Assembly (NCBI GenBank): GCA_965234725.1
Contig: CBDDUX010000010.1
Span: 1 to 64,000 of the forward strand
Length of the DNA stretch: 64,000 bases
DNA from: Thermoplasmatota archaeon
GTDB taxonomy: Archaea > Thermoplasmatota > Penumbrarchaeia > Penumbrarchaeales > Penumbrarchaeaceae
Direction: 5' to 3'
Shown here one piece after another: positions 1 through 9,477 of the stretch. Made by a program: the position numbers and the translations under genes. The notes below the pieces were generated by a model. It saw nothing but the letters and a program-made list of their open reading frames with translations, was not told the DNA's origin and did not search any database. Each line of letters begins with the position of its first letter. Within the stretch, counting starts at the first letter, position 1.

Positions 1-125
1 AGTTCCTGTCCCTGAATAGGTTCCTTCTTTTGAGATCCATGGTGAAATATATCACCAAAAAACGATCGGAGATTTATCCCGATAGAGTTCATAGGAGCGG
101 ATTTATTGTAATAATGGGTGGACCA

Positions 126-1502
126 TTATTTGAAATGAAGCTCATTTTTAAATGAATTCTCGATCTCCTTTAGATCGAATAACAATAGGTCGTTCCTTTC
201 CCGGGAAATATCTTTCAACCTTTCCGTAAATCCACCTCTTGAAAAGACGGCATATCGCTCTTTTCGATCACCGTTTCTCCACCTGAAATCCTTCGATTTT
301 TTCACGAGATCAAAAAATACGGACCTGTCGATCATTCCGGAAGTCCACTTGCACTCACCGAAGAGAACCTCATTTTCGGATTGGTTCAATCCCACGAGGT
401 CGATCTCTTTCTCTTCGAACCACCATCCTGCCAGTGTTGGATATCTTGTCCAGCTTCTGACCATTTCCCTGCAGACCTCCTCGAAGACCGGCCCCAGATA
501 ATGGTCGAAATTTGCCATAAGGTCCTCTTTGGCCCCTTCATCATACCAGGAATCGATCTCCGAGAAATGCGGTGATGTGAACCTGAACCAGAACCTGAAC
601 AGATTATCCTTGATCGTGTAAAGTGATTTCTTACCCATCACGGGTTTCTCGCGTGTCACAAAACCCAGGTCCATCAGAGTGTCAAGATAGACCGTGAGGT
701 TCTTTGGTTCGATGTAGCTGTAATGTGCTATCTCGGTGACAGTGGTCTTTCCGAGGGAAATACCTTCGAGGATCTGATGGTAGGTTGCCGGTTCCCTCAA
801 CTCCTCCTCGAGCAGATATCTTGGTTCCCTGAAAAGGAAGGTATCGGGTTGAAAGAGGTTGCTTTCTATCTCGGTTATCACCTCTTCCCCCTTGAAGAAT
901 TCAAGATATTTCGGTATGCCGTCACATACACCGAAAAGTCGGACTGCGTTTTCCATTGAAATATCCGGGAACCATTCAAAAAGTGTTCCGAAATTAAATG
1001 GTCCGATGGCTAGGTTGGAGGTCGTTCTACCGAACAGGGGAGAATTCCTGCCCAAAACCTCCCTTTCCATCATCGAAACGGAGGATCCCGATATGACAAG
1101 CTTGCAATTTGTATCCATCAATAACTCGTCAATTATCCCCTGGAACTCCGCAAATATCTCCTTGTTGTTCTTGAGGTATGAGAACTCATCTATGATGATT
1201 ATTGATCCCTTATCTCTTGATATTAGATATTGGAAACAATCCCTGAAAGATCGAAATCCTGGATTTGGAATCGAGAAATGATCGCCTATCAGAGAATTGA
1301 ATTTATCGAGGTTGTATTCCCACTTTCTGTCCTCGCACATCAAGAAGAGTGAGTTCCTATTCTCTGAAAATTCTCTGAGAAGACGGGATTTACCCACTCT
1401 CCTCCTGCCAGTGATCACCACAAATTCAAAACCCTCTCTCTTAAGGGCCTGTTCAAGGGACCTCAATTCATTCTTTCTTCCGATGAATTCCTTTCGAATC
1501 AC
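126..1502 (-). CDS. Archaeal AAA-type ATPase with central wHTH and C-terminal DUF234/PD-(D/E)xK domain
   Basis: FIGRKNEL start, Walker A GRRRVGKS, Walker B IIIIDEF, DNLFRFWFRF, C-terminal EIDLVG...FGECKW. Confidence 0.9.
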   Translation of the reverse strand: MIRKEFIGRKNELRSLEQALKREGFEFVVITGRRRVGKSRLLREFSENRNSLFLMCEDRKWEYNLDKFNSLIGDHFSIPNPGFRSFRDCFQYLISRDKGSIIIIDEFSYLKNNKEIFAEFQGIIDELLMDTNCKLVISGSSVSMMEREVLGRNSPLFGRTTSNLAIGPFNFGTLFEWFPDISMENAVRLFGVCDGIPKYLEFFKGEEVITEIESNLFQPDTFLFREPRYLLEEELREPATYHQILEGISLGKTTVTEIAHYSYIEPKNLTVYLDTLMDLGFVTREKPVMGKKSLYTIKDNLFRFWFRFTSPHFSEIDSWYDEGAKEDLMANFDHYLGPVFEEVCREMVRSWTRYPTLAGWWFEEKEIDLVGLNQSENEVLFGECKWTSGMIDRSVFFDLVKKSKDFRWRNGDRKERYAVFSRGGFTERLKDISRERNDLLLFDLKEIENSFKNELHFK

Positions 1503-1524
1503 GATTATATAATTACGATTCGAA
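1493..1524. promoter_or_regulatory. 32-bp imperfect palindrome overlapping the ATPase start codon (candidate operator)
   Basis: TTCGAATC-acg-ATTATATAAT-tac-GATTCGAA: 8-bp outer arms plus a self-complementary 10-bp core. Confidence 0.45.
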
Positions 1525-1800
1525 TAATTAATGGTTTTGGTAACTAACGCAGGCCAAGAGAGAAATCTCCACTTGATATTGTGCGGATCATACTGTTTTT
1601 AAGGTGAGTTATCAGCAACGATCTTGAGAATGGAACTGTCCCTTTCAGAGGCATCCCCGCTCATATTCATCAATCAGTGGCATGATACCCTTCATGTACG
1701 AACTTTCAGGAAGGGCGATCCTTAAATGGCCCCCCATGGATCTGATGGTTTGTACTCTAAATACGACAATACTTTTAATCCGCTCCATATTTGTTAACAC

Positions 1801-2523
1801 ATGGACGCAAAAAGACGTTCAGTAGTCTATTTCATAGCATTATCATTGGTCCTTATAGTTCTGTTTTCAAGTGTTCTATATCTCAGGTTTTTCTACAGGC
1901 CTGATACGGATGGCACCGTTTCAGAGATCGAAGAAGGTCCCATTCAACTTGGGGATGTGGAGATTTCCGAGTACAACGGGACTAAATTGGGGTCGAAGGA
2001 GGATTTCTACGACAACTCCATCATGGGCCCTCAGTATTTTGATATGGACATCTACCGTTTGAGGATCACAGGTCTCGTTGAAAATGAGAGGCCCTATTCA
2101 TATAATGAGGTCCTTGGGAACAATACACATTTTAGAAAGATAGTTACCCTGAACTGTGTCGAAGGATGGAGCGTCAAGGTCCTATGGGATGGACTCCTGG
2201 TCCGTGATGTGATCGAGGAGGCAGGACCTCTGGATTCCGGGAAGGTCTTGATCTTCAAGGCCGCAGATGGTTATACTACCTCTCTTCCCATTGAATTCTT
2301 CCATGACCATGATGTGCTGATAGCATATGGAATGAATAACGTAACCCTGGAACCTGAGAGAGGGTTCCCATTTCAGCTTGTGGCTGAGATGAAATGGGGT
2401 TACAAATGGATCAAATGGATAACCGAGATCGAGATCAGTGATGATACCGATTATCGAGGATACTGGGAAGAAAGAGGTTACAACAACAAAGGAGATCTTG
2501 ACGGATCGATCGGAGAGGGGTGA
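1801..2523 (+). CDS. Molybdopterin-dependent oxidoreductase (sulfite oxidase/MsrP-like), N-terminal membrane anchor
   Basis: LRITGLVE, TLNCVEGWS (Mo-ligating Cys), DGYTTSLP, GFPFQLV, YKWIKWI, GYWEERGY; N-terminal KRRS plus hydrophobic helix. Confidence 0.88.
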   Translation: MDAKRRSVVYFIALSLVLIVLFSSVLYLRFFYRPDTDGTVSEIEEGPIQLGDVEISEYNGTKLGSKEDFYDNSIMGPQYFDMDIYRLRITGLVENERPYSYNEVLGNNTHFRKIVTLNCVEGWSVKVLWDGLLVRDVIEEAGPLDSGKVLIFKAADGYTTSLPIEFFHDHDVLIAYGMNNVTLEPERGFPFQLVAEMKWGYKWIKWITEIEISDDTDYRGYWEERGYNNKGDLDGSIGEG

Positions 2524-2541
2524 TATTGGACCTTTATCGTC

Positions 2542-2835
2542 TCATCTGCCATCATCGATCTCGCCCTTATTAACGAGCCAGGAGATGTAATTAGAGCCCA
2601 TCTCCTCGAATATCTCAGCTTTGATCTCTTCTGGAATATACATATTGTTGACCATGTACTGAACGGATTCACTATCATGGACCTTCCAGAGGTGACGGTA
2701 GAGTGTTTCCTCTACATCCGTTCTGTTATCGACGAAGACCAGCTGGCAAAATGGACATTTAACGATCACCCGGACCTCAGGGTCCTCGACATCGTCATCT
2801 ACCTCAACAGCTGTTTCAAGGGAAGGGTCTTTCAT
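2542..2835 (-). CDS. Small hypothetical protein with C2H2-like zinc finger
   Basis: CPFC...HLWKVH; ATG at 2835 preceded by AGGAG. Confidence 0.6.
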   Translation of the reverse strand: MKDPSLETAVEVDDDVEDPEVRVIVKCPFCQLVFVDNRTDVEETLYRHLWKVHDSESVQYMVNNMYIPEEIKAEIFEEMGSNYISWLVNKGEIDDGR

Positions 2836-3023
2836 CAGATCTCCTCTGGGGGGTAAAGGTGATATTGAACATATAGAAAACATTTGCTATAAAAGGAACA
2901 CATTGATGAGAGGTTCAAATCATTCAGTTCCATATGAATAAATAATACTATAAATCAAGTGAAAAATATAGGAAAAACAATGAGTAATCCACCCATGATG
3001 TAGGGGAAAAGAATGATATCATT

Positions 3024-3206
3024 TTGATCAAGATCAGGGTCCAGGCAGCAACCGGACCTACCTCCTACAAGGAATTCAAGACACCTATCACGGTTGGACC
3101 AAACGGATGCTGCTGCTTTCTTTCTGGCTCCTTCTTCCTGATCGGTGGGATCCTGTTCATTTCAGGATTGGTGAGGGGAAAGAAGAAGTCTACTCCCGAG
3201 GAGTGA
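3024..3206 (+). pseudogene. Possible C-terminal remnant of a membrane protein, or a small membrane peptide
   Basis: TTG start, hydrophobic stretch followed by RGKKK; no clear SD; upstream region AT-rich. Confidence 0.25.
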
Positions 3207-3245
3207 CCCAAAAAGAATTTAGATTGATCAAGCGTACCTACATTC

Positions 3246-3737
3246 ATGTCAGTCCTCACAGACCAGGATATCGTTCACAGACTGGAAAGAGGTACCATGA
3301 GGATCGACCCTTTCAGGGAAAAGAACCTTACTCCAAATGGATACGATCTGACCATCAACGAGGTCTATTTCAAAGCCCCTGAGGGAAAGGTCACGATAGG
3401 CTCCGCTTACCTGGAACCAGGTGAATGGTGCCTTGTTTCAACAGAGGAATACCTTGAGATCCCTCATGATCTCTGTGCAACATTATGGATGAGATCATCC
3501 TTCATAAGAAAGGGATTGATTGCCGGTTTTGGACTTGTTGATGCGGGATTCAAGGGGACATTGACATTCTCCGTCACCAATCTTGGTCCGGAGAAGGTGG
3601 CCCTCCCCATCGATGAAAGGATATGCCAGATAAGCTACATGAAGCTGGAATCCACACCCCAGCATCTATATGGTGACAGATCTGGTACTTACCAGGGTCA
3701 GAGGGGGATCACTCTTGACGGGGGAAAAAAAGTTTGA
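3246..3737 (+). CDS. dcd: dCTP deaminase
   Basis: LTDQDI, PNGYDL, RSSFIRKGL, VDAGFKGTLT, RICQI, YQGQRG motifs. Confidence 0.9.
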   Translation: MSVLTDQDIVHRLERGTMRIDPFREKNLTPNGYDLTINEVYFKAPEGKVTIGSAYLEPGEWCLVSTEEYLEIPHDLCATLWMRSSFIRKGLIAGFGLVDAGFKGTLTFSVTNLGPEKVALPIDERICQISYMKLESTPQHLYGDRSGTYQGQRGITLDGGKKV

Positions 3738-4099
3738 AAGGAAATATCTGCAGGAAGATGAATTGCTGTACCTGCTGCCATGAGACTGAGATGGAGCTCT
3801 CCAACGAGGATGTGGAAAAGATCTCGGTCCTGGGTTATACCGGATTCTATCACATGGAGAACGGTTACAAGGTCCTGAACAATATTGATGACCGCTGCTT
3901 TTTCCTTGAGAATGGAAGATGCAAGATCTACAAGGACAAACCTAAAGGATGTGACATATATCCCCAGGTAATGGCCCTTCCAAGCAGGATCCCCAAAATG
4001 GACCGAGACTGCCCTCACCGGAAGCTTTTCAAGTTCAACCAGGAGGAGATAGAGGAGTTGTCCGAACTCATAGACAGGTTGGAGGTGGAGAGGGAATGA
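3734..4099 (+). CDS. YkgJ-family cysteine-cluster (putative Fe-S/Zn) protein
   Basis: C..MNCCTCC, RCFFL..GRCKIY.DKPKGCDIYP; start overlaps dcd stop. Confidence 0.85.
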   Translation: MKGNICRKMNCCTCCHETEMELSNEDVEKISVLGYTGFYHMENGYKVLNNIDDRCFFLENGRCKIYKDKPKGCDIYPQVMALPSRIPKMDRDCPHRKLFKFNQEEIEELSELIDRLEVERE

Positions 4100-4728
4100 A
4101 GCTACTGTCTCTAATGTCCGGAGGTATAGATTCACCAGTTGCTACCCACATGATGTTGGAAAAGGGGCATAGTATAGAAATCCTGAACATGGACGGAGGA
4201 CCCTTCTCAAGTAGTGAAGAACTGGAAAAGGTGGAAGAGATCGCAAGGAAACTTGAGAGCCTCCATCCGGGGAAGGTAAAGCTTCTAAGGGCCGATCACG
4301 GATTGAACCTGGAAGCATTCAGCAAAGGATCCAATCCAAAGTATATGTGCATACTGTGCAAGAAGGCAATGCTGATGGTTGCGGACCTGATCTGTGAGAA
4401 ATGTGACCTGAAAGGGATAGTGATGGGGGATTCCCTAGGTCAAGTTGCATCACAAACACTCCCCAATATGGCAGCTGTTTCTGCGGGCATCACCCATCCC
4501 ATCCTCAGACCCCTCATAGGCTTTGATAAACTGGACATTGAATCTATTGCAAAGAAGATAGGTACTTTCGATATCTCCATAAGAAGAACCGTAGGATGTA
4601 CTGCAGCCCCTAAGCATCCGATCACCCATGCAATATCCAAACGTCTTGAGGATGAGGCGAGGAAGGCTTCGATACAGGATACCGTCAGGAAGGTCGTTGA
4701 ATCTGTAAGAGAGATCCCGCTTGGATGA
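4096..4728 (+). CDS. thiI: ThiI-like PP-loop sulfurtransferase catalytic domain, lacking the THUMP domain
   Basis: SGGIDSPVA PP-loop, CILCK, GDSLGQVASQTL, RPLIGFDK, IGTF, GCTAAPKHP; only 210 aa. Confidence 0.8.
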   Translation: MKLLSLMSGGIDSPVATHMMLEKGHSIEILNMDGGPFSSSEELEKVEEIARKLESLHPGKVKLLRADHGLNLEAFSKGSNPKYMCILCKKAMLMVADLICEKCDLKGIVMGDSLGQVASQTLPNMAAVSAGITHPILRPLIGFDKLDIESIAKKIGTFDISIRRTVGCTAAPKHPITHAISKRLEDEARKASIQDTVRKVVESVREIPLG

Positions 4729-4808
4729 TCTCCCGGTCCATTCAAACTACTATCATTGTTTCCGTTAGGATTAATACATCGTTTACCCTTCATCCCCTGG
4801 TGAGAGAA

Positions 4809-5168
4809 ATGGAAGGGTATGCTGAATGCAAGGCCTGTTGCGAAGGAGTTCTGATACCGTTCTACGGCCCGGAAGGCCACGTTGTCTACTTCTGCAACAA
4901 TTGCAGGGCCAGGTTCTCCGCTTATTACGAGGAACCCATGATGGATGGATTCCCGGTGTTCCTGGATACAGCCTATTACTCCACCGAGGAGGACCATAGG
5001 ACCCAGGAACCATTCACCTCCGGAAAGTTGATGGACGCATTCAGGGATGCGCTTGCCGAGAATCCACCAGTACCACTGCCACTTGAGGGGGGATGCTGTC
5101 CCTTTTGTTCAGGACCTCTGAACCCTGGGGGGGAATGTCTCGACCTCTGTTACCTGCCCAATGTCTGA
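4809..5168 (+). CDS. Cys-rich hypothetical protein (two putative Zn sites)
   Basis: CKACC...CNNC and CCPFC...CLDLC; ATG 4809 after GGTGA. Confidence 0.55.
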   Translation: MEGYAECKACCEGVLIPFYGPEGHVVYFCNNCRARFSAYYEEPMMDGFPVFLDTAYYSTEEDHRTQEPFTSGKLMDAFRDALAENPPVPLPLEGGCCPFCSGPLNPGGECLDLCYLPNV

Positions 5169-5695
5169 ATAATTTCAGCCCACGTCATGACAATTGCAGG
5201 AGCTGCACCCAAAGCTGTACATGTTTCAAAGGATATCCCATTCCCTGTGAGGTCCATCTGGAACTCTCCCATGTTAACGACTTTTTCAGGTAACCCTCTG
5301 GGACCCAGCCCAAATACCATCATAAGGGACCTTCCCTCCGCAAGGATCCCGGCAATCTCCTTCGGGCTCCGTGAGAACTTCACTTGCGGTTTTCGGGTTG
5401 CAATGACTATCTTGCCAAACTGAGGGGGAAAGCCCCCCTTCGGATAGGGGAAGACATGGAACCTTCCACCCTGGGCAAGTTTCACGATCCAGTCCCCTCC
5501 TTGGCCTATCGAGGTGGTCCCAACCAACCATTCGGCAAGTTCCAAAGGAGTCCTCATATCCTTATCGAAGGGAAAACCAAATACCGCCAGATTGCAGTCG
5601 AATGCCCAGGCAACAGGACCTGCTCTTGCAAGGGCCCTCCTATGGGCCTCAGAGAATTTTACCGGGTCCAGTGAATTATACAGACCCAGTGTCAT
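5150..5695 (-). CDS. DUF531 family protein (predicted SPOUT-fold methyltransferase)
   Basis: MTLGLYNSLDP..EAHRRALARA..AF..NLA.FGFP, TTSIG.GG, FGLGPRGLP, SFETCTALG. Confidence 0.8.
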   Translation of the reverse strand: MTLGLYNSLDPVKFSEAHRRALARAGPVAWAFDCNLAVFGFPFDKDMRTPLELAEWLVGTTSIGQGGDWIVKLAQGGRFHVFPYPKGGFPPQFGKIVIATRKPQVKFSRSPKEIAGILAEGRSLMMVFGLGPRGLPEKVVNMGEFQMDLTGNGISFETCTALGAAPAIVMTWAEIIQTLGR

Positions 5696-6303
5696 TCTTC
5701 CTGGCGTCCTATGTACCCCCTGAAAGCCAAATACATCTCTATCGATCTCTTCACCGAACTTCTTGGTTTGAGGTTCTCAACCCTCCAGAAGTACTTGGCA
5801 AATTCCTCCTTGAGCTCGTCCGTCTCATCACCCTGGAACATCTTCACTATTACGTTCCCATTTTTCCTCAATACCCTCAAGGAAACTTTCATCACGGACC
5901 AGGCAAGGGCAAGGGTCCTTCCCCGATCTAGTATTTTGTTTCCGGAAAGAGAGGGGGAAATATCTGAGATCACAAGGTCGAATTCAGGGGAGATCTCCAT
6001 TATCCTTCCGATCGCCTCCTCATCTCCGACATCACCCTTGATGAACTGAACATTGGGGATACTTTCCATCGATTCCATATCCACCGCCACGACGATCCCT
6101 CCCTCACCCACCATCTCTGAGGCATACTGGCTCCAACCACCAGGAGAGGCCCCAAGGTCAAGGACCTTGTAACCTTTCTTCATCAATCTCAACCTTTCAT
6201 CCATCTCCTTCAATTTGTAGGTAGCCCTGGAGCGGTAACCCTCTGACTTGGCCTTTCGATAGTAGGAATCATGTTTCCTCCGCCTGATCCATTCTTTTGT
6301 CAA
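5692..6303 (-). CDS. rlmE: 23S rRNA Um2552 2'-O-methyltransferase RlmE/FtsJ
   Basis: D.YYRKAKSEGYRSRATYKL, VLDLGASPGGWSQ, K-D-K-E tetrad present. Confidence 0.93.
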   Translation of the reverse strand: MTKEWIRRRKHDSYYRKAKSEGYRSRATYKLKEMDERLRLMKKGYKVLDLGASPGGWSQYASEMVGEGGIVVAVDMESMESIPNVQFIKGDVGDEEAIGRIMEISPEFDLVISDISPSLSGNKILDRGRTLALAWSVMKVSLRVLRKNGNVIVKMFQGDETDELKEEFAKYFWRVENLKPRSSVKRSIEMYLAFRGYIGRQEE

Positions 6304-6312
6304 GTTGAGACC

Positions 6313-7197
6313 TCAGACCGGTTTGATGATCCCGATTGTGGGTTCATAGACCTGACCTTCGTCCAATAGCTCCTGGATCGTCTCCTCCAGTTGGATCTTG
6401 TCTATTCCCTTCTTGTCACATTCCCCAATGATATCCCTGTAAAGAGCCCCTTTGTCCCCGGTCAACCCCTTTATTATCTCAAGGACCACCGTCTTATTTT
6501 CTTCAGAACCCTCCTTGGATACTTTTTCCTCTATAACATGTCCGAGCCTGGGGATCTCTCCAATGGATTCTCCTCTTCCTTCGATCACAAGATCGAGTGC
6601 ATCCTTCAATCCGAGCTTGATGGGGTCCAGATCCACATTACCATAGATACCCACAGCTCTGACAGCGGATTCCGCAGCCCTCCTCGGATGGCCTTTTTCC
6701 ACCAATTCCCCCTCCTTCGGATCATCGAGGGCAAGAGCATCCTTCAATGCCCTTATCCGATCCATTGTGAACCTTGAGGTTGAAATGATCCACCTGTCCC
6801 TCTGAGGAATGTCCACCGGGAAGACGGCCTCAGGTTTCACTGAAGCATAGAAGGTTCCGTCATCACGGATATAGGTCCTGACTTTTCCCACGACACCTAT
6901 CAAAGTAGGGGGTTCAAGCTGGGAAAGTGCTGCAAGGGCCTGGGGTTGATATTGACCCGCATAAAGATAGAACATTCCGGTGGGGTCCCTGACCTCGGTC
7001 CTGTAAATCGGTGATTCATCGGTCCCGTTGTTGACCTTGGACATCATCACCCCTATGAAATATATCCTGTTCACGGACTCACCAAGTGGTGTGATGACAT
7101 AGTTCGGAGCGTTCTCTTCAAGGCCTCTGTCCTCATGCTGGCTACTGTTGTATTCCACTGCGAAGACCCTCTTTGCTGCCTCCCTGAGCCTTGCCAT
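6313..7197 (-). CDS. RPA-associated protein (OB fold plus C-terminal wHTH)
   Basis: REAAKRVFAVE, PNYVITPLG..VNR, DPTG.F.LYAGQYQP, C-terminal L.DEGQVYEP; directly follows rpa. Confidence 0.85.
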   Translation of the reverse strand: MARLREAAKRVFAVEYNSSQHEDRGLEENAPNYVITPLGESVNRIYFIGVMMSKVNNGTDESPIYRTEVRDPTGMFYLYAGQYQPQALAALSQLEPPTLIGVVGKVRTYIRDDGTFYASVKPEAVFPVDIPQRDRWIISTSRFTMDRIRALKDALALDDPKEGELVEKGHPRRAAESAVRAVGIYGNVDLDPIKLGLKDALDLVIEGRGESIGEIPRLGHVIEEKVSKEGSEENKTVVLEIIKGLTGDKGALYRDIIGECDKKGIDKIQLEETIQELLDEGQVYEPTIGIIKPV

Positions 7198-8493
7198 TCA
7201 AAGCACCTCCAGGACATCCATCAGGGCCTTTGCCTCATCCATGTATTCTCCCTCATCGGGTTCCAATATATTGGGAAGGACCGTGGGGCCGAAATCGTCC
7301 CGGATCACATTTCCCCTCATGAGGAATTCCTTTCCAAGCAGTCTGCAGCTAAGGTGCTCCACAACCCTCGCCTCATCATCACAATACTTTGATTCACATT
7401 CCTTGACATCCATTCCAAGGATCTGTTCTGTGATCTCAGTGTTCAGGATGGCAAAAAGTGCTCCCGTGCCATCATCAAGAACTACTTTGGTCCTCAGGTC
7501 GGGGATGCCTTCCTGTTGACCGTGGATCGAGCAGTTTCCATTGATAAGAGCCCTGTTGCATGTTTGGCATCGGAATATCAATCCGGATCCGTCCCTGATC
7601 TCAATTATCGTACCGAAGACCTCAACATCAGACGCACCTGCTTCCAAAAGCTCCTCAGCATGAAGACGAGGAGTCTTCATGACATCAAAATCCATATCAT
7701 TTAACTTGGATACCTCCGCCCTTTCGTCGAAATTTATCTGAGGGATGCCTCTCCATTCCTTGACATAAGCTCCCTTTACAGAGATCACATCGCCTGTCTC
7801 CAGACCGAAATCATGCCATGAGGTGAACCGGACCCTCTTGGTATCATCGGCTATTATTCCGTCGAATATCACCTTTTCACCGTTTTCGGTGTTGATCTTC
7901 CTCTTTTCAATGTTTAGGACCTTTCCTTTGACAAGTATATTTCCCTGACTGGATTTGACTTCCTTGAGGGGGACCTCCTGGAGGTTGCCGAACCTGGGAA
8001 GCTTGGATACCTCTAACTTCTCAAGTTCGTTGTCTTTTGCATCCTCAACCTTGGAAAACTGTCCCAGATTTATCTCCACCTCTCCCCTGAAGGTCTTTGC
8101 CGAGACACTTTTCAGTGTGTAGATGCCTCCTTTCTCCAGGAGATGGCCTTCCCATGAAACGAATCTCCGTATCATGGTATCATCGGCCACAAGACCTGTC
8201 ACCAGCGTCTTTTCTCCGTTAACCGTGGTTTGGACCCTCTCGTTGGAAGACAGACATTTGATGGTTACATCGACATTCATCTCATTCCCTTTTAGCTCGG
8301 AAAGTTTCCTTTCACCAAGTGATGCATAGGTCTGCTGTGTCCCCCTGAACTTCTTGAGAATTGCTTTCTTCGCCTCCTGGGGGACGATACCGTATTTGAG
8401 ATAGCGTTCCATCTCCTTGTCTATCTCTTCTCCGTCCACTTCCGGAAGCGCCTCTTTTAATTCTTTTATTACAGGCGCGATCTCTTCTGACAT
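7198..8493 (-). CDS. rpa: Replication protein A (three OB folds plus zinc finger)
   Basis: Repeated G..ADDT...F.SW OB motifs; GSGLIFRCQTCNR...CSIHG; DLR.KVVLDDGTG. Confidence 0.9.
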   Translation of the reverse strand: MSEEIAPVIKELKEALPEVDGEEIDKEMERYLKYGIVPQEAKKAILKKFRGTQQTYASLGERKLSELKGNEMNVDVTIKCLSSNERVQTTVNGEKTLVTGLVADDTMIRRFVSWEGHLLEKGGIYTLKSVSAKTFRGEVEINLGQFSKVEDAKDNELEKLEVSKLPRFGNLQEVPLKEVKSSQGNILVKGKVLNIEKRKINTENGEKVIFDGIIADDTKRVRFTSWHDFGLETGDVISVKGAYVKEWRGIPQINFDERAEVSKLNDMDFDVMKTPRLHAEELLEAGASDVEVFGTIIEIRDGSGLIFRCQTCNRALINGNCSIHGQQEGIPDLRTKVVLDDGTGALFAILNTEITEQILGMDVKECESKYCDDEARVVEHLSCRLLGKEFLMRGNVIRDDFGPTVLPNILEPDEGEYMDEAKALMDVLEVL

Positions 8494-8598
8494 GTTTTAC
8501 CCTCCTCGAACTAGAGTGGGAACCTCTAAAAGGCCCTGCCGAATAAAAAGATTTGTCATCCACTAGAAATGGTGGTATAACCTCGGTTCGGTGCCTTA

Positions 8599-9411
8599 TT
8601 AATTATGTTGATGATCGGGCCCCGATGGTACTGAAATGGGGATCCCCAATCTGACCTTATCCTCGTTGGAAAGATTTTCAAGGTCCAGTGAAAGAAGCAC
8701 CCTGAGTTCCTTCTTCTTCTGGGCAATGACGTAAACCCTGATTATCATCAAAGGGAGTAGGACTATAAATGAGATCACGAAGAAAATGGGAATGAGTGGA
8801 AGAAGGGGCTCATAGTGGGCCTTCATTATAACTTCCGATGCGAGATTATCATACTCGTCCTCAGGATTGTCCGGATTGTAGAAGATGAGATAGTATGTGG
8901 TCGTATCTGCGTCTCTGAAAGCCAGCTCCCAGGAGAGATCCGGTCTGTTGTAAGTGATGGACCCGTTCCTGAAGGATGAGGCTCTGAAGTATGCCCGGAG
9001 TTGTTCGGGTTCCGTTCCTGTGACATCCACCGACAGGTCCGGAAGATCATCCTTATAGAGGTAGATATAAAGTCTGTTATGTTCGTTGGCAGCTGTCATA
9101 TCCATCTCGAAATCGAAATCGATCCAATATGTTGTAGGGACAGCGTAGGCCTGAATTGACCCGGACTGGTCGAAATTGTTCTTCCCAACTGAGTATCTCT
9201 GGGTAACCTCCGAGGAGGTTTCGGATACAGGCAGTAGGAAGAGTACCAGAACCACAATAAAGACCAAGACAGATGAGCTGAATGCAAAGATCCACCTCTG
9301 CCTGGCAACATCGAGATCGGCTGAGCGTTCCATCAGCTTCTGCTTGATGATATCGTTCTCATCCATCATACGGCGGACCTCCCGGGACACCCTGGTCCTT
9401 TGGCTAATCAC
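8599..9411 (-). CDS. Hypothetical two-TM membrane protein
   Basis: Two hydrophobic helices flanking a soluble domain. Confidence 0.7.
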   Translation of the reverse strand: MISQRTRVSREVRRMMDENDIIKQKLMERSADLDVARQRWIFAFSSSVLVFIVVLVLFLLPVSETSSEVTQRYSVGKNNFDQSGSIQAYAVPTTYWIDFDFEMDMTAANEHNRLYIYLYKDDLPDLSVDVTGTEPEQLRAYFRASSFRNGSITYNRPDLSWELAFRDADTTTYYLIFYNPDNPEDEYDNLASEVIMKAHYEPLLPLIPIFFVISFIVLLPLMIIRVYVIAQKKKELRVLLSLDLENLSNEDKVRLGIPISVPSGPDHQHN

Positions 9412-9477
9412 GATATCCGTTAAAAACCCTTTTGAGGCAGCTTAGCATGGTCTAGTGGAAAAATTAATATCTCCAGG

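Noticed and set aside
1630-1725. 31-codon ORF (MELSLSEASP...) in the first intergenic gap
   Set aside because: No SD, motif or compositional support
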